From assembly GCA_043732305.1 (NCBI GenBank), contig JAYTHU010000062.1:32001-96000 (forward strand): a stretch of 64,000 nt of DNA. Reading direction: 5' to 3'. Every line of letters begins with the position of its first letter. The stretch's first letter is position 1. Source of the stretch: Oligoflexia bacterium. Its GTDB lineage: Bacteria; Bdellovibrionota; Bdellovibrionia; JABDDW01. Below the pieces are notes generated by a model. That model saw only the letters and a program-made list of their open reading frames with translations, was not told the origin of the DNA and made no database searches. Of the stretch, positions 29,781-38,804 are shown one piece after another. Both the position numbers and the translations under genes were made by a program.

Positions 29781-30908
29781 TTATTGAATGACAGCGGCTT
29801 TTTCTTTCTTCGCGAGAAGAGTGGAAATTTCTTTCCACTGCCCACGCTCTTCAGGTGTGACAAAACTAATGGCTTCACCCTTGGCGCCCGCACGAGCGGT
29901 ACGACCAATGCGATGCACGTAATCTTCAGCACACTGAGGAAGGTCATAGTTGATGACATGAGCGATCGAAGGAATATCAATTCCTCGAGCAGCAAGGTCA
30001 GTAGCAACTAAGATTCTGAATTTTCCAACGCGGAATCCGTTCAATGCAGAAATTCTTTGATTTTGTGATCGTCCACCATGGATACGGTTTGCAGGATGCC
30101 CCATGAGTTCAATTTGGCGAGTGAGTTTGTCTGCACGATGTTTTGTGCGAGCGAAAATCAAAACTGATCCTTCACGTGCATTTAATTCGTCAGCTAAAAT
30201 CTCATTTTTTTTAGTGGCGAGCATTTGGATCATGGATTGTTTAATTTCTTTCACGGGCTGAGAAACAGCACCGACAGCTAAACGCACTGGATCTTTCAAA
30301 TAGCGGCTAGCCAACTTTTGGATATTGTTGGGGTAAGTCGCCGAAAAGAAAAATGTCTGTCTTTGTCCAGGCAAGAAACGCAAAATTTCATTCAGCTGAG
30401 GAGCAAAACCCATATCTAACATACGATCGGCTTCGTCCAAAACGAGAATATCTGTTCCGAAAAGAGAAACAGTTCCGCGTTTCAAATGGTCGACGAGTCT
30501 TCCAGGAGTAGCAATAATGATTCGAGGTTTTTTCTGAATGCCTTTGATTTGTGGACCCATGGGCATACCACCCATAAGCAAAACTGTGCTCATTTGAGCC
30601 ACAGATTTTGTGAGTTGATTTAAAACTTCGGTGATTTGTGTAGCGATCTCACGTGTAGGAACTAAAATGAGAGCGTTCTTTTTTGCGTTCTTTTCTAATT
30701 TAGCAATGATAGGAATACAAAAAGCAGCAGTTTTGCCGGTACCAGTTTGTGCAGATGCAATCAAATCGCGATTAGTCAATGCAGCAGGAATGGCTTGCAT
30801 TTGAATAGCTGTGGGCTGGGTGTATCCCATTTGTTCGAGAGATTTTCTAAGACCTGGAGAAAGTGGGAAAGAATCAAAAGATTCCAACGGGATTGGGGTT
30901 TCAACCAT
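29781..30908 (-). CDS. DEAD-box RNA helicase (core only)
   Basis: AQTGTGKT, PTREIA, TPGRL, DEAD, SAT, ARGID, HRIGRTAR. Confidence 0.97.
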   Translation of the reverse strand: MVETPIPLESFDSFPLSPGLRKSLEQMGYTQPTAIQMQAIPAALTNRDLIASAQTGTGKTAAFCIPIIAKLEKNAKKNALILVPTREIATQITEVLNQLTKSVAQMSTVLLMGGMPMGPQIKGIQKKPRIIIATPGRLVDHLKRGTVSLFGTDILVLDEADRMLDMGFAPQLNEILRFLPGQRQTFFFSATYPNNIQKLASRYLKDPVRLAVGAVSQPVKEIKQSMIQMLATKKNEILADELNAREGSVLIFARTKHRADKLTRQIELMGHPANRIHGGRSQNQRISALNGFRVGKFRILVATDLAARGIDIPSIAHVINYDLPQCAEDYVHRIGRTARAGAKGEAISFVTPEERGQWKEISTLLAKKEKAAVIQ

Positions 30909-31045
30909 ATGAGTGCTCCTTAAAGCTGGGTCAGCTCAAGGAGAAAAACGGCACTATGCCAAGAACTCGGTGAGAAGACAAATTTACTAACTGCCTAGTT
31001 TTATAGCACAGGTGGTTTTCGTTTGATACGTCAATCCAGGTCGGA

Positions 31046-31909
31046 TTAGTTCTCGGAATCCGTATTGCCACCCCGACGTCTTTTCCGCCCCTGGCCTGCG
31101 TTTGAGTGGCCGCCACGCTTTTTATAACCACCAGAATTTTTCTTGGATTGTGGCGCTTCAGGATATTTTACAGGGTGATCTTGTAGGGCCTTGTTTTGGA
31201 AAAATTTTGGCTTTGATGGTGCTGAAGACCAAGTCTGAGTAGTCTTTTGTAATTCAGGATGATCAGTTTCATAAGCACTTACTCTAGCCTGCATTGGCTG
31301 AACTGAATTAGCAAAGGCGACCGTCTGCGGAGCTGCTGGCGGGTAAGAATTAGTCGGCGCAAGTATCACAACTTCTTTTTGATAAGCTATGTATTGTCTC
31401 ACAACAAAAATATGAGAGTGGTCACCATTACTCACAGTTTGAGTGGGCTCTGGAGGCATTTGAATATTTGAACCGTCGGACTCAGGGGCAACTCCCTCGA
31501 CGATCGTTTAATATCTTTTAATCTCTTCAGTGAAACCACTGTTCGCGAGTAGTTTTATTTTTTCTGGGTCGGTTACTTTTTTCGCTTCATCACAATCCTG
31601 AAATTCAACAGCAACTTTCGCAAAACTCATGTGAGTGTATATGGCTTTTTCCGAATAATGATCTTCGACTCTCGCTCCCCTTGGAACAAAAGAACATTCG
31701 TTGGCTAAATCCTGCAGTGCCATGCTTTCAGCTAAAAACATCGATCGTTCTAAATTTGAATCTTCCCCTGTACCTAGGTAAACGATGTAACCACCTTCGA
31801 CAGTTCTAGACGGAGTTTTTGTCCATGAAGGCGCATCGGCCAAAGGTTTCGAACTGCAGGCAGTTAAAATCAAAATTACAGAACTTAAAATGCATATGTT
31901 TTTATTCAT
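31046..31909 (-). pseudogene. Lipoprotein gene interrupted by one in-frame TAA (ORFs 31508..31909 and 31046..31459 are in frame)
   Basis: Lipobox LTAC; reads EEIKRY-TAA-TIVEGVAPESDGSNIQ-MPPE with no further stop. Confidence 0.6.
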
Positions 31910-31957
31910 GAATAATTTTAAAACTTAAAAACTGAAGTATTCAATCGAAATTGAATT

Positions 31958-33337
31958 TTATTTTATTTTTTTAAGATGAGAACTGAAACTGTGCATGACC
32001 CAGAGATGCGCTAAGGCCTGAGTATAATTGTAAAGATACCAAGAAAGTCTTGGACGAAAATCGTGAATGGCCGCGAGAGCTGACTTTCCGTCCAGAACTT
32101 CTCTAAATTCTAATCTGCCATTTCTAGAAAGATCATAACGAGCAAGCCATCCTCCATTAATATAGAAAAGCTGACGATCAGGCGCACTTCTCTCTGGAGA
32201 ATATTTCAAGGTCAACACACAGAAATTAATCAATGGAATAGTAAAGCTCCAAAGATTTTCTGTTTTCATTTCAACTCGCACCAGAGGGGTCATAAATTTT
32301 GGAAGCCAACGAAAATATTCTGCAGCTATCCATGCAGCGTCTTTTCCCTTAGGAATGGGCAGACGTTGAATAGACCTGACGTACTTTGCTTTTTTTAAAC
32401 TTTCTACTCGATCATTTGTGATTTTTCTTAAGGTGGGATGAATGTTTAGTAAACTTTTTTGGACCGCATCACGAATATTCATTGGCAAAATATGTGCCCA
32501 AGTGATCAACGCATTTTGTTTGGCGACCATTTCATGTTTTAAACTTTCAATCAGTGGATACACTAAATTCTTACTTGCCCCTGTGATAAGTCGAACCCAG
32601 AGTCTGGAAAGTCCGGGCGTAAAGAATGGCACATTTATAAAAAATCTTTTCTTATTCATGGCCAACGCCACTTCTTTCATCAAATCTCTGTACGAAAGAA
32701 TATTGGAACCACCAATTTCAAGAACGTGGCCGGCTGTTTCTGGATGGTCAACACAGAATTGTAACATGGCAAGCACATCATCAACGGCAATGGGCTGAGT
32801 CAAGCTCCTGGTCCAACGAGGACAGATCATCACGGGAAGTCTTTTGACCAAGGTGTAAAGCATTTGAAATGATGAGCCTTCCGCTCCTAAAATCAATCCA
32901 GCCCTTAAAGCTGTGACAGCCACGCCTTTGCTGGCGAGAGTATGTTCAACTTCCAATCTGCTTTGCAGATGACGAGACAATTTTCCCGTCTCAGGGATCA
33001 ACCCGCCAAGATAAATAATTCTTTTCACATTCATTTTACTGCAAGCCCGAGCAAAATTGTCGGCTAGCAAGAGGTCAGCATTTTCAAAACGACTTTGCAT
33101 GAGCCGTGCGGACGGAAGCATCGAATGAATCAGATAGATCGCGACGTCCACTCCTACGAGAGCTTCTTCAAGTTGCAAAAGTGAAAAGAGATCCCCAGTG
33201 CGCCACTCGATATTCTCACTCGCAATTGATTCTTTAGGTGAGGATCTTCTGATTGCAATAATCTTTTCGGGAGTTTTTAGATTTTCGAGTAAAAGATGAC
33301 CAATAAATCCGGTCGCTCCCGTGACCGCGATTTTCAT
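31958..33337 (-). CDS. Atypical SDR / NAD(P)-binding protein (YbjT-like) with C-terminal extra domain
   Basis: VTGATGFIG, YLIHSM, IIYLGG, SRHLQSRLEVE, TQPIAVDDV. Confidence 0.85.
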   Translation of the reverse strand: MKIAVTGATGFIGHLLLENLKTPEKIIAIRRSSPKESIASENIEWRTGDLFSLLQLEEALVGVDVAIYLIHSMLPSARLMQSRFENADLLLADNFARACSKMNVKRIIYLGGLIPETGKLSRHLQSRLEVEHTLASKGVAVTALRAGLILGAEGSSFQMLYTLVKRLPVMICPRWTRSLTQPIAVDDVLAMLQFCVDHPETAGHVLEIGGSNILSYRDLMKEVALAMNKKRFFINVPFFTPGLSRLWVRLITGASKNLVYPLIESLKHEMVAKQNALITWAHILPMNIRDAVQKSLLNIHPTLRKITNDRVESLKKAKYVRSIQRLPIPKGKDAAWIAAEYFRWLPKFMTPLVRVEMKTENLWSFTIPLINFCVLTLKYSPERSAPDRQLFYINGGWLARYDLSRNGRLEFREVLDGKSALAAIHDFRPRLSWYLYNYTQALAHLWVMHSFSSHLKKIK

Positions 33338-34026
33338 GGAATTACACTTTCAGCCATGGAGGCGTTGAAGCTTTTTCGAACATCTAGTTTGACGTTTAGA
33401 TTTTCCAGATTTTCATAAAGGGTCAAAAGTGCAAGACCAAGTACAAAGAAGTCAGTGTCTAATTTCAACTTTTCACGAGAGCAAGTGTCAAAAACTTCTG
33501 TGAAAGTGGTTTGAAAATTCTTGAGTTTAAACTCGACTTGCGTTTGATCTCCTACGCCAAAATGTTTTTTCAAAACATCTTTAGCCGGTGTCAAGCTTAA
33601 GGTTTCTAAAGCTGCATCAAAGCGCTTGTCATCATCACTGTAAAAACCTTGGTAAAGTTCTCTCAAGCTATTTGAAAAAGAAGGTTTCACTTCTGCATAA
33701 AGTGCCGAGGGAGTCCATCCGCCATCAGGATAAAAATTTTCTTTTCTAAAATCTAAAATCCACATGTTCGAAGTGAGTATTTGTTTAAAGAAAATTTTTA
33801 AGATCTCTTCCCCACGCAACACTAAATCTTTAGAGGCCACGTTTTCTTTTGTAAACGAGGGCTTTCGCTTTAGAACTTCTCTCCATTTGTCATCATTTCG
33901 GGAATTTAGTCTCAATTGGTTGGCAAGTGCGATCACTTCTTTGATCGAAACTACCTTCAATAGATTCGGCGAAACAAAGTGTAAAAGTCCGGAAAGTTCA
34001 GAATGTCCTAGCAGGTATTTGAGCAT
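33334..34026 (-). CDS. Hypothetical protein resembling the C-lobe of UbiB/ABC1 kinases
   Basis: FFKQI..WILDFRKENF and LDTDFFVLGLALLTLYENLENL echo ABC1 QI..HADPHPGN and LPxxFxLLxRAL..LEG; ATGA overlap with SDR gene. Confidence 0.45.
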   Translation of the reverse strand: MLKYLLGHSELSGLLHFVSPNLLKVVSIKEVIALANQLRLNSRNDDKWREVLKRKPSFTKENVASKDLVLRGEEILKIFFKQILTSNMWILDFRKENFYPDGGWTPSALYAEVKPSFSNSLRELYQGFYSDDDKRFDAALETLSLTPAKDVLKKHFGVGDQTQVEFKLKNFQTTFTEVFDTCSREKLKLDTDFFVLGLALLTLYENLENLNVKLDVRKSFNASMAESVIP

Positions 34027-34302
34027 GCGTTTAATCTAGCGCGCATTTCTTTGCGGAGCAATGCACTATTGGAAGCAAAAGCTAATTTGCATAAATTCTC
34101 ATAGCGTTTAAGTTTCTTGAATACTCGGCTTGTAAAATTTAAACCGGGGATGGAATCTTTCGATAGAAACGATGAAATATGAAGACTTCACCATTACCTG
34201 ACTAGCACCGACTAATTATTCTTACGTGACTTTCGTGCTCACCATCAAAACTCAATTGTACGACAGTTCCGTCCCCATTAGCTTTTCAACCAAAGAGTTA
34301 CT

Positions 34303-35598
34303 TTATCGAGGTCGTTCTTTTGGCGGCCCGTGTGACGGACGTTTTGCTGGCCATTTTGAAGGCCGACTGCGGCTGCCATTGTTTGGACGATTGCGATTGC
34401 CTTCCATTGCTGCCTTCGCTTTGCCAGTAGACATCAAGCGTGCATTTTCAATTTCGGCTGAATGATAAGGATGTTCGCGGTCAACTGGAACTGGCTGCGC
34501 AATTAGTTTTTCGATATCTCGAATGAACGAGCGTTCTTCGGTGTCACAAAAAGAAATAGCGATACCCTGAGCGCCAGCACGCGCAGTTCGGCCGATCCGG
34601 TGAACATAGCTTTCTGGAATGTTTGGAATCTCATAGTTGATAACGTGACTTATGCCATCGATGTCGATACCTCTCGCCGCAATATCGGTAGCGATGAGGC
34701 AACGAATTCGACCAGCGCGGAAGTTTTCAAGCGCTCTTTGACGAGCTGACTGAGATTTATTTCCGTGAATAGCTTCGCTGCGGATACCATTTTTCTCGAG
34801 GACTTCGGTTACCTTATTGGCACCATGTTTTGTACGAGTGAAAACGATAACGCGGTTTGCGGCTTTATCTAAAAGGACATGTCTCAATAATGCGGGTTTT
34901 TTACCGCGCTCCACGTACATAACCGACTGAGCGATTAATTCTACAGTGCTTGAAACAGGTGTGACTTCTACGAGCACGGGATTAGATAAAATACTGTCAG
35001 CTAATTTTTTGATATCCGAGGGCATAGTTGCCGAGAAAAACAAATTCTGACGTTTTGCCGGAAGCATGGCGATGATTTTTCGAATGTCTCTAATGAAACC
35101 CATATCCAACATTCGATCGGCTTCATCAAGAACAAAAACATCTAGATTTTGCAAACTGACCAAGCGCTGATTTATCAGATCAAGCAATCGTCCTGGAGTA
35201 GCGACAACAACATCGATTCCGCCAGAAATGGCCTTCACTTGAGGCTGTTGGCCAACTCCACCGTAAACACAAGTGTAACTGAGTCGAAGATGTTTTCCGT
35301 AAGTTTTAAAACTATCAAGAATTTGAATGGCTAACTCTCGAGTGGGCGTAAGCACCAAAACGCGAGTTTGCTTCCGATCTGCACGACGTGGAAATTTCAC
35401 CAGTCGATTAAGAATCGGTAACGCAAAGGCGGCAGTCTTGCCAGTCCCCGTTTGCGCGCAACCGAGTAGATCCCGCCCTTCTAGAAGATGCGGAATTGCA
35501 GCCAACTGAATTGGTGTGGGCTCGGTGTATCCGGTCTCGGCGACAGCACGTTGTAAAGGCTCAACAAGATTAAAATCTGAAAATTTAGTGGTACTCAT
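34303..35598 (-). CDS. rhlE: DEAD-box RNA helicase, RhlE-like
   Basis: All helicase motifs; IHGNKSQSARQRAL; basic C-terminal tail. Confidence 0.88.
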   Translation of the reverse strand: MSTTKFSDFNLVEPLQRAVAETGYTEPTPIQLAAIPHLLEGRDLLGCAQTGTGKTAAFALPILNRLVKFPRRADRKQTRVLVLTPTRELAIQILDSFKTYGKHLRLSYTCVYGGVGQQPQVKAISGGIDVVVATPGRLLDLINQRLVSLQNLDVFVLDEADRMLDMGFIRDIRKIIAMLPAKRQNLFFSATMPSDIKKLADSILSNPVLVEVTPVSSTVELIAQSVMYVERGKKPALLRHVLLDKAANRVIVFTRTKHGANKVTEVLEKNGIRSEAIHGNKSQSARQRALENFRAGRIRCLIATDIAARGIDIDGISHVINYEIPNIPESYVHRIGRTARAGAQGIAISFCDTEERSFIRDIEKLIAQPVPVDREHPYHSAEIENARLMSTGKAKAAMEGNRNRPNNGSRSRPSKWPAKRPSHGPPKERPR

Positions 35599-35640
35599 GA
35601 AGATGGGACACTAGCATGATCGAATTGATAAAAGGAATAT

Positions 35641-36186
35641 ATGCAGCCTAGAATTTATATTTACACGGATGCTAGCTTTAGCAACACACATAAACTTGCA
35701 GTTATAGGCTATGCTCGTTTTGGCAGCTCTTACGATCATGACACTATTGCATTCGCTGACACGAAACTCCAAATTCACGTGATTAACGAGAAAAATAATA
35801 TAAGAGCTGAGCTTCGAGGAGCCATCATGGCTTTAGCCGAAAGTTTCCCCGAAGCTCTGAAGGGAAGTCTCAAGGCTGGTGCAAAAAAAGACATCACGGT
35901 AGTTCTTTATACAGATTGCAGAGCTGTGGTCGATCTACCCTCTCGACGCGAAAAACTCGAACACACGGAATACATAAGTCAGAGCAAGGGCACTCCGCTC
36001 GCCAATGCAGACCTTTACCGCGAATTCTTTCTGATTTTCGATCAACTCCAACTAGAACTAATTTGGGTCAAAGGGCACTGCCCGGGCAAAGACCAGAGTA
36101 AAACGGAAAAAAACTTTTCTTACTTAGACAAAAAAGTTCGAGGAAAATTGAGAGAAGTTATTTTGTCTAATTCGACGAATAAATAG
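35641..36186 (+). CDS. Ribonuclease HI-family protein
   Basis: IYTDAS, NNIRAEL, YTDC, NADL, WVKGH, final D: all four acidic catalytic residues present. Confidence 0.85.
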   Translation: MQPRIYIYTDASFSNTHKLAVIGYARFGSSYDHDTIAFADTKLQIHVINEKNNIRAELRGAIMALAESFPEALKGSLKAGAKKDITVVLYTDCRAVVDLPSRREKLEHTEYISQSKGTPLANADLYREFFLIFDQLQLELIWVKGHCPGKDQSKTEKNFSYLDKKVRGKLREVILSNSTNK

Positions 36187-36859
36187 AAAAGTGAATATAG
36201 CGTTTAGGAATCACGCTTTTTTTGAGCCAGGGGTGATGCTCTTCAATGATGTCTCTAGAATCACGACCCCGCGCGACGACAGTGATGGTTTTTTCCTGAG
36301 CGATTTTTTTCAGATCAAATAAAGTTTTTTTGATAGCCTCTTCAGTTCCGTAATCATAAATAAAATAATAATCCGCTACGACTGGCTTAAATTCTATAGC
36401 ACTCAGATCCGCCGTTTTAATTTTTACGAGTGGATAGGCCGCAAGCTTCATACATCGTTTACTTTCTTTCACTCGCTCACCAGCATACTCGTATCCAAGA
36501 AATTTATTTTTCGGATAATGCCGACCGATCACAAATCCCATCCGGGCATAGCCGCAACCCAAATCAACGATGGTCGAACTTTGCTTGGGCTTAAGAAGCG
36601 AAAGAATAGTTCTGATTTCTGTATAAGGAGTAAGAAACCGTTTAGCAGCAAGTCCGATCCATAATTCCTGAGGGTGGTCTCGTGACACTTTCGCTTTGAT
36701 ACGGCAGCCGTGCAGGCGGAGTTTCTTTTCAACTTTTTCTATTTGTAGTCCCAGATACTTATCAACTTGATCTGAGTGTGCACGAACCCTGGCATCGGTA
36801 ACGGTTTTGTCATTGAGGGGCAACAGTGGGAATAGATTTTTAGGACTAAATTTTAGCAT
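36167..36859 (-). CDS. Class I SAM-dependent methyltransferase
   Basis: TPY.E, IVDLGCGYARMG, GYE, ADL, YFIYDYG. Confidence 0.8.
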   Translation of the reverse strand: MLKFSPKNLFPLLPLNDKTVTDARVRAHSDQVDKYLGLQIEKVEKKLRLHGCRIKAKVSRDHPQELWIGLAAKRFLTPYTEIRTILSLLKPKQSSTIVDLGCGYARMGFVIGRHYPKNKFLGYEYAGERVKESKRCMKLAAYPLVKIKTADLSAIEFKPVVADYYFIYDYGTEEAIKKTLFDLKKIAQEKTITVVARGRDSRDIIEEHHPWLKKSVIPKRYIHFSIYSSN

Positions 36860-36909
36860 CTGAAAAGCGTACTGTTGCCAAGCGTTCCATGCAAACGTTA
36901 ACCATCAAA

Positions 36910-36929
36910 GTGGGCACTGCAGGGATTGA
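36910..36929 (-). repeat. Imperfect direct copy of tRNA-Val 3' end (att-like)
   Basis: GTGGGCACTGCAGGGATTGA vs GTGGGCGCTGCAGGGATTGA at 36997..37016 (19/20). Confidence 0.75.
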
Positions 36930-36958
36930 TGAATTACGATCACATCCGCGTATGCCCT

Positions 36959-36990
36959 AAAATAAAAAATCCCGCCAGAGGCAGGATTTT
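36959..36990 (-). terminator. tRNA terminator
   Basis: Minus strand AAAATCCTGCC-TCT-GGCGGGATTTT then TTATTTT. Confidence 0.8.
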
Positions 36991-36994
36991 ATTT

Positions 36995-37069
36995 TGGTGG
37001 GCGCTGCAGGGATTGAACCTGCGACGTCTTGCTTGTAAGGCAAGCGCTCTACCACTGAGCTAAGCACCC
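36995..37069 (-). tRNA. tRNA-Val (anticodon UAC)
   Basis: GGGTGCTTAGCTCAGTGGTAGAGCGCTTGCCTTACAAGCAAGACGTCGCAGGTTCAATCCCTGCAGCGCCCACCA: cloverleaf with encoded CCA. Confidence 0.97.
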
Positions 37070-37102
37070 GACTATAAGAGATTTGATCGAAGCTTGGGTA
37101 TA

Positions 37103-37543
37103 CTAGTTATCGAGCACTCTGACAAGACTTGTTGGGATATTTTCCGAACCCTGATCAATTTGAGAGATATTGACTTTAAATTCAAGTCGGTCATGCCCGT
37201 CTTCGGAGGCTTTCACTAAGGGAGTCAGGGTGAGCTTGGATTTCTGATTCAACTCATTCTCGATCTGAACCACAAGTTCTTGAGCATTAGGATTGACTAG
37301 AGTCACAATCCCTAAACCGATCAATCGGCGTTTAGATTTGTCTGCTTCTGCCGTGGTGGCCTTCACCCTCAGGACAGGATTGCGATCCTTATCCCAGTGG
37401 GAAACAGAAATTTCGATGGCAATATTCTGATCAACAGCTTTCCAGCTGCCCAAAGCGGCATTCATTGGGAATGGCCCGTCTTTGGCAAAAGCCATGGCAC
37501 ACATCAGAGAAAATAATATCGAACTCAATAAAAATCTTTTCAT
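37103..37543 (-). CDS. Secreted hypothetical beta-rich protein
   Basis: Signal peptide ending AFA; AGGGGG SD; LGSWK start suggests lipocalin-like barrel (weak). Confidence 0.7.
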   Translation of the reverse strand: MKRFLLSSILFSLMCAMAFAKDGPFPMNAALGSWKAVDQNIAIEISVSHWDKDRNPVLRVKATTAEADKSKRRLIGLGIVTLVNPNAQELVVQIENELNQKSKLTLTPLVKASEDGHDRLEFKVNISQIDQGSENIPTSLVRVLDN

Positions 37544-37567
37544 TACAGATCCCCCTAAAATTAAATA

Positions 37568-38680
37568 TTATCCTAAAAGCACACGAGCAGATTTGTTCAA
37601 ATAATATCCGCTTTTACCTCTGAAAATATACTTGGGCTTTTTCAAATCAGGCTCAATCAATTGTCTGAGCCTCTTTATAGTTACATAAATTTTATTGTCA
37701 TGAACGGTAGGATCATAATTCTGATCCCAGACTTTTTTAACCAGAACTTCCTTGGAAAATATTCTTCCAGGATTTCTAGCAAAAAGCTGTAGCAAATCGA
37801 TCAGAATGAACTGATTTTTGAAATCTACTTTGCCCAGATTTTTCTCAACAAGTGTGTTGCTCTCGGCATTGAAAATTAAATCATACTGAACATCCACGTC
37901 TTCATGACCAAGTTCGCTCAATGTGTTGCGCAGAAGCTTGGACATCCGAGGGAGTTCACTGTCGTTGATGCTCTTGAGCGCCAATTGTAAATACACACGA
38001 GACAGCAGTCTTTCGCCGGAGCGCAGGTATGTGGAAGCCAATCCATAGAGCGCATTGTAATAGAGAAGCATGCTGGTATTGGTTTTGAGCATCTCATAGG
38101 CTTGCCAGAAACATTCGATGGCCTTGTCGTAATCTCCACGGTTTCTGTGAATCAAACCGTTCAGTAAGCGTGAGGAGATCTGCAGATCGGGAACCTGAAG
38201 TGCTCCGAAGAATACTTCTAGGTTATAAAGTTCCTTGAGTGCCTCTTCAAGATGTCCTTGAGAGTAATTAGTGTTTGCGATTCCGTAGATCGCGTAGCAC
38301 ATGTCGACTTTATTGTCTTTATCGAGAGCAATCTTAAGCGCACTTTGGAAATAGTCCATCGCGGTGCTCTCATGGCTGTCTCGATAATAAGAACAAAGGC
38401 CTAAAATGTAGTGAGTTCTTGAATTGAGTTGCAGGTTCTCTTTTACAACTAGGTCTTGAATCTTCTCTTTAGTGTCTTGGATCTTTTGGTTGTCTTCGCG
38501 CTCAACTAAAATGCGAAGCAAGTAATTGACAGTATCGATGTAACGCTCGTACTGCTTTTTTTCTAGAAACAAATCAGCGGCTTTTGTCAGTCTTTCTTGA
38601 GCCTTGCTGTATTCAGCACGGTCGTAGAACAGACGCCCCATCTCGTAATGATACTCAGAAGCCAGTGGTAACCCCATCAT
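37568..38680 (-). CDS. TPR-repeat protein with C-terminal OmpR-type winged-helix DNA-binding domain
   Basis: Multiple TPRs; NPGRIFSKEVL..VW..IYVTIKRLRQLIE..GYYL. Confidence 0.88.
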   Translation of the reverse strand: MMGLPLASEYHYEMGRLFYDRAEYSKAQERLTKAADLFLEKKQYERYIDTVNYLLRILVEREDNQKIQDTKEKIQDLVVKENLQLNSRTHYILGLCSYYRDSHESTAMDYFQSALKIALDKDNKVDMCYAIYGIANTNYSQGHLEEALKELYNLEVFFGALQVPDLQISSRLLNGLIHRNRGDYDKAIECFWQAYEMLKTNTSMLLYYNALYGLASTYLRSGERLLSRVYLQLALKSINDSELPRMSKLLRNTLSELGHEDVDVQYDLIFNAESNTLVEKNLGKVDFKNQFILIDLLQLFARNPGRIFSKEVLVKKVWDQNYDPTVHDNKIYVTIKRLRQLIEPDLKKPKYIFRGKSGYYLNKSARVLLG

Positions 38681-38746
38681 TAAATTCCCCCCTTAACGAT
38701 GGGTGAAATTTCTTACATTTAGTGAATTAAGGCAACAGAAAATTGC

Positions 38747-38780
38747 AAAAAAAATGGCACATATGTAAAATGTGCCATTT
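38747..38780 (-). terminator. Terminator after lon
   Basis: AAATGGCACAT/ATGTGCCATTT inverted repeat with T run on minus strand. Confidence 0.7.
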
Positions 38781-38804
38781 CTAATTCTTCCCTAAACCAA
38801 GCTT

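Noticed and set aside
31958..33337. SDR as the missing ceramide reductase CerR
   Set aside because: Motifs (YLIHSM, SRHLQSR) and extra C-terminal domain fit YbjT-like proteins, and it lies 17 kb from spt; cannot be supported without a phylogeny.
34027..34302. Short ORFs in the gap between the ABC1-like gene and rhlE
   Set aside because: Only 8-10-codon ORFs or an antisense overlap of rhlE; no recognisable product or RNA structure.
3713..37069. valS and tRNA-Val in the same window
   Set aside because: 30 kb apart with no T-box-like leader before valS; coincidence.
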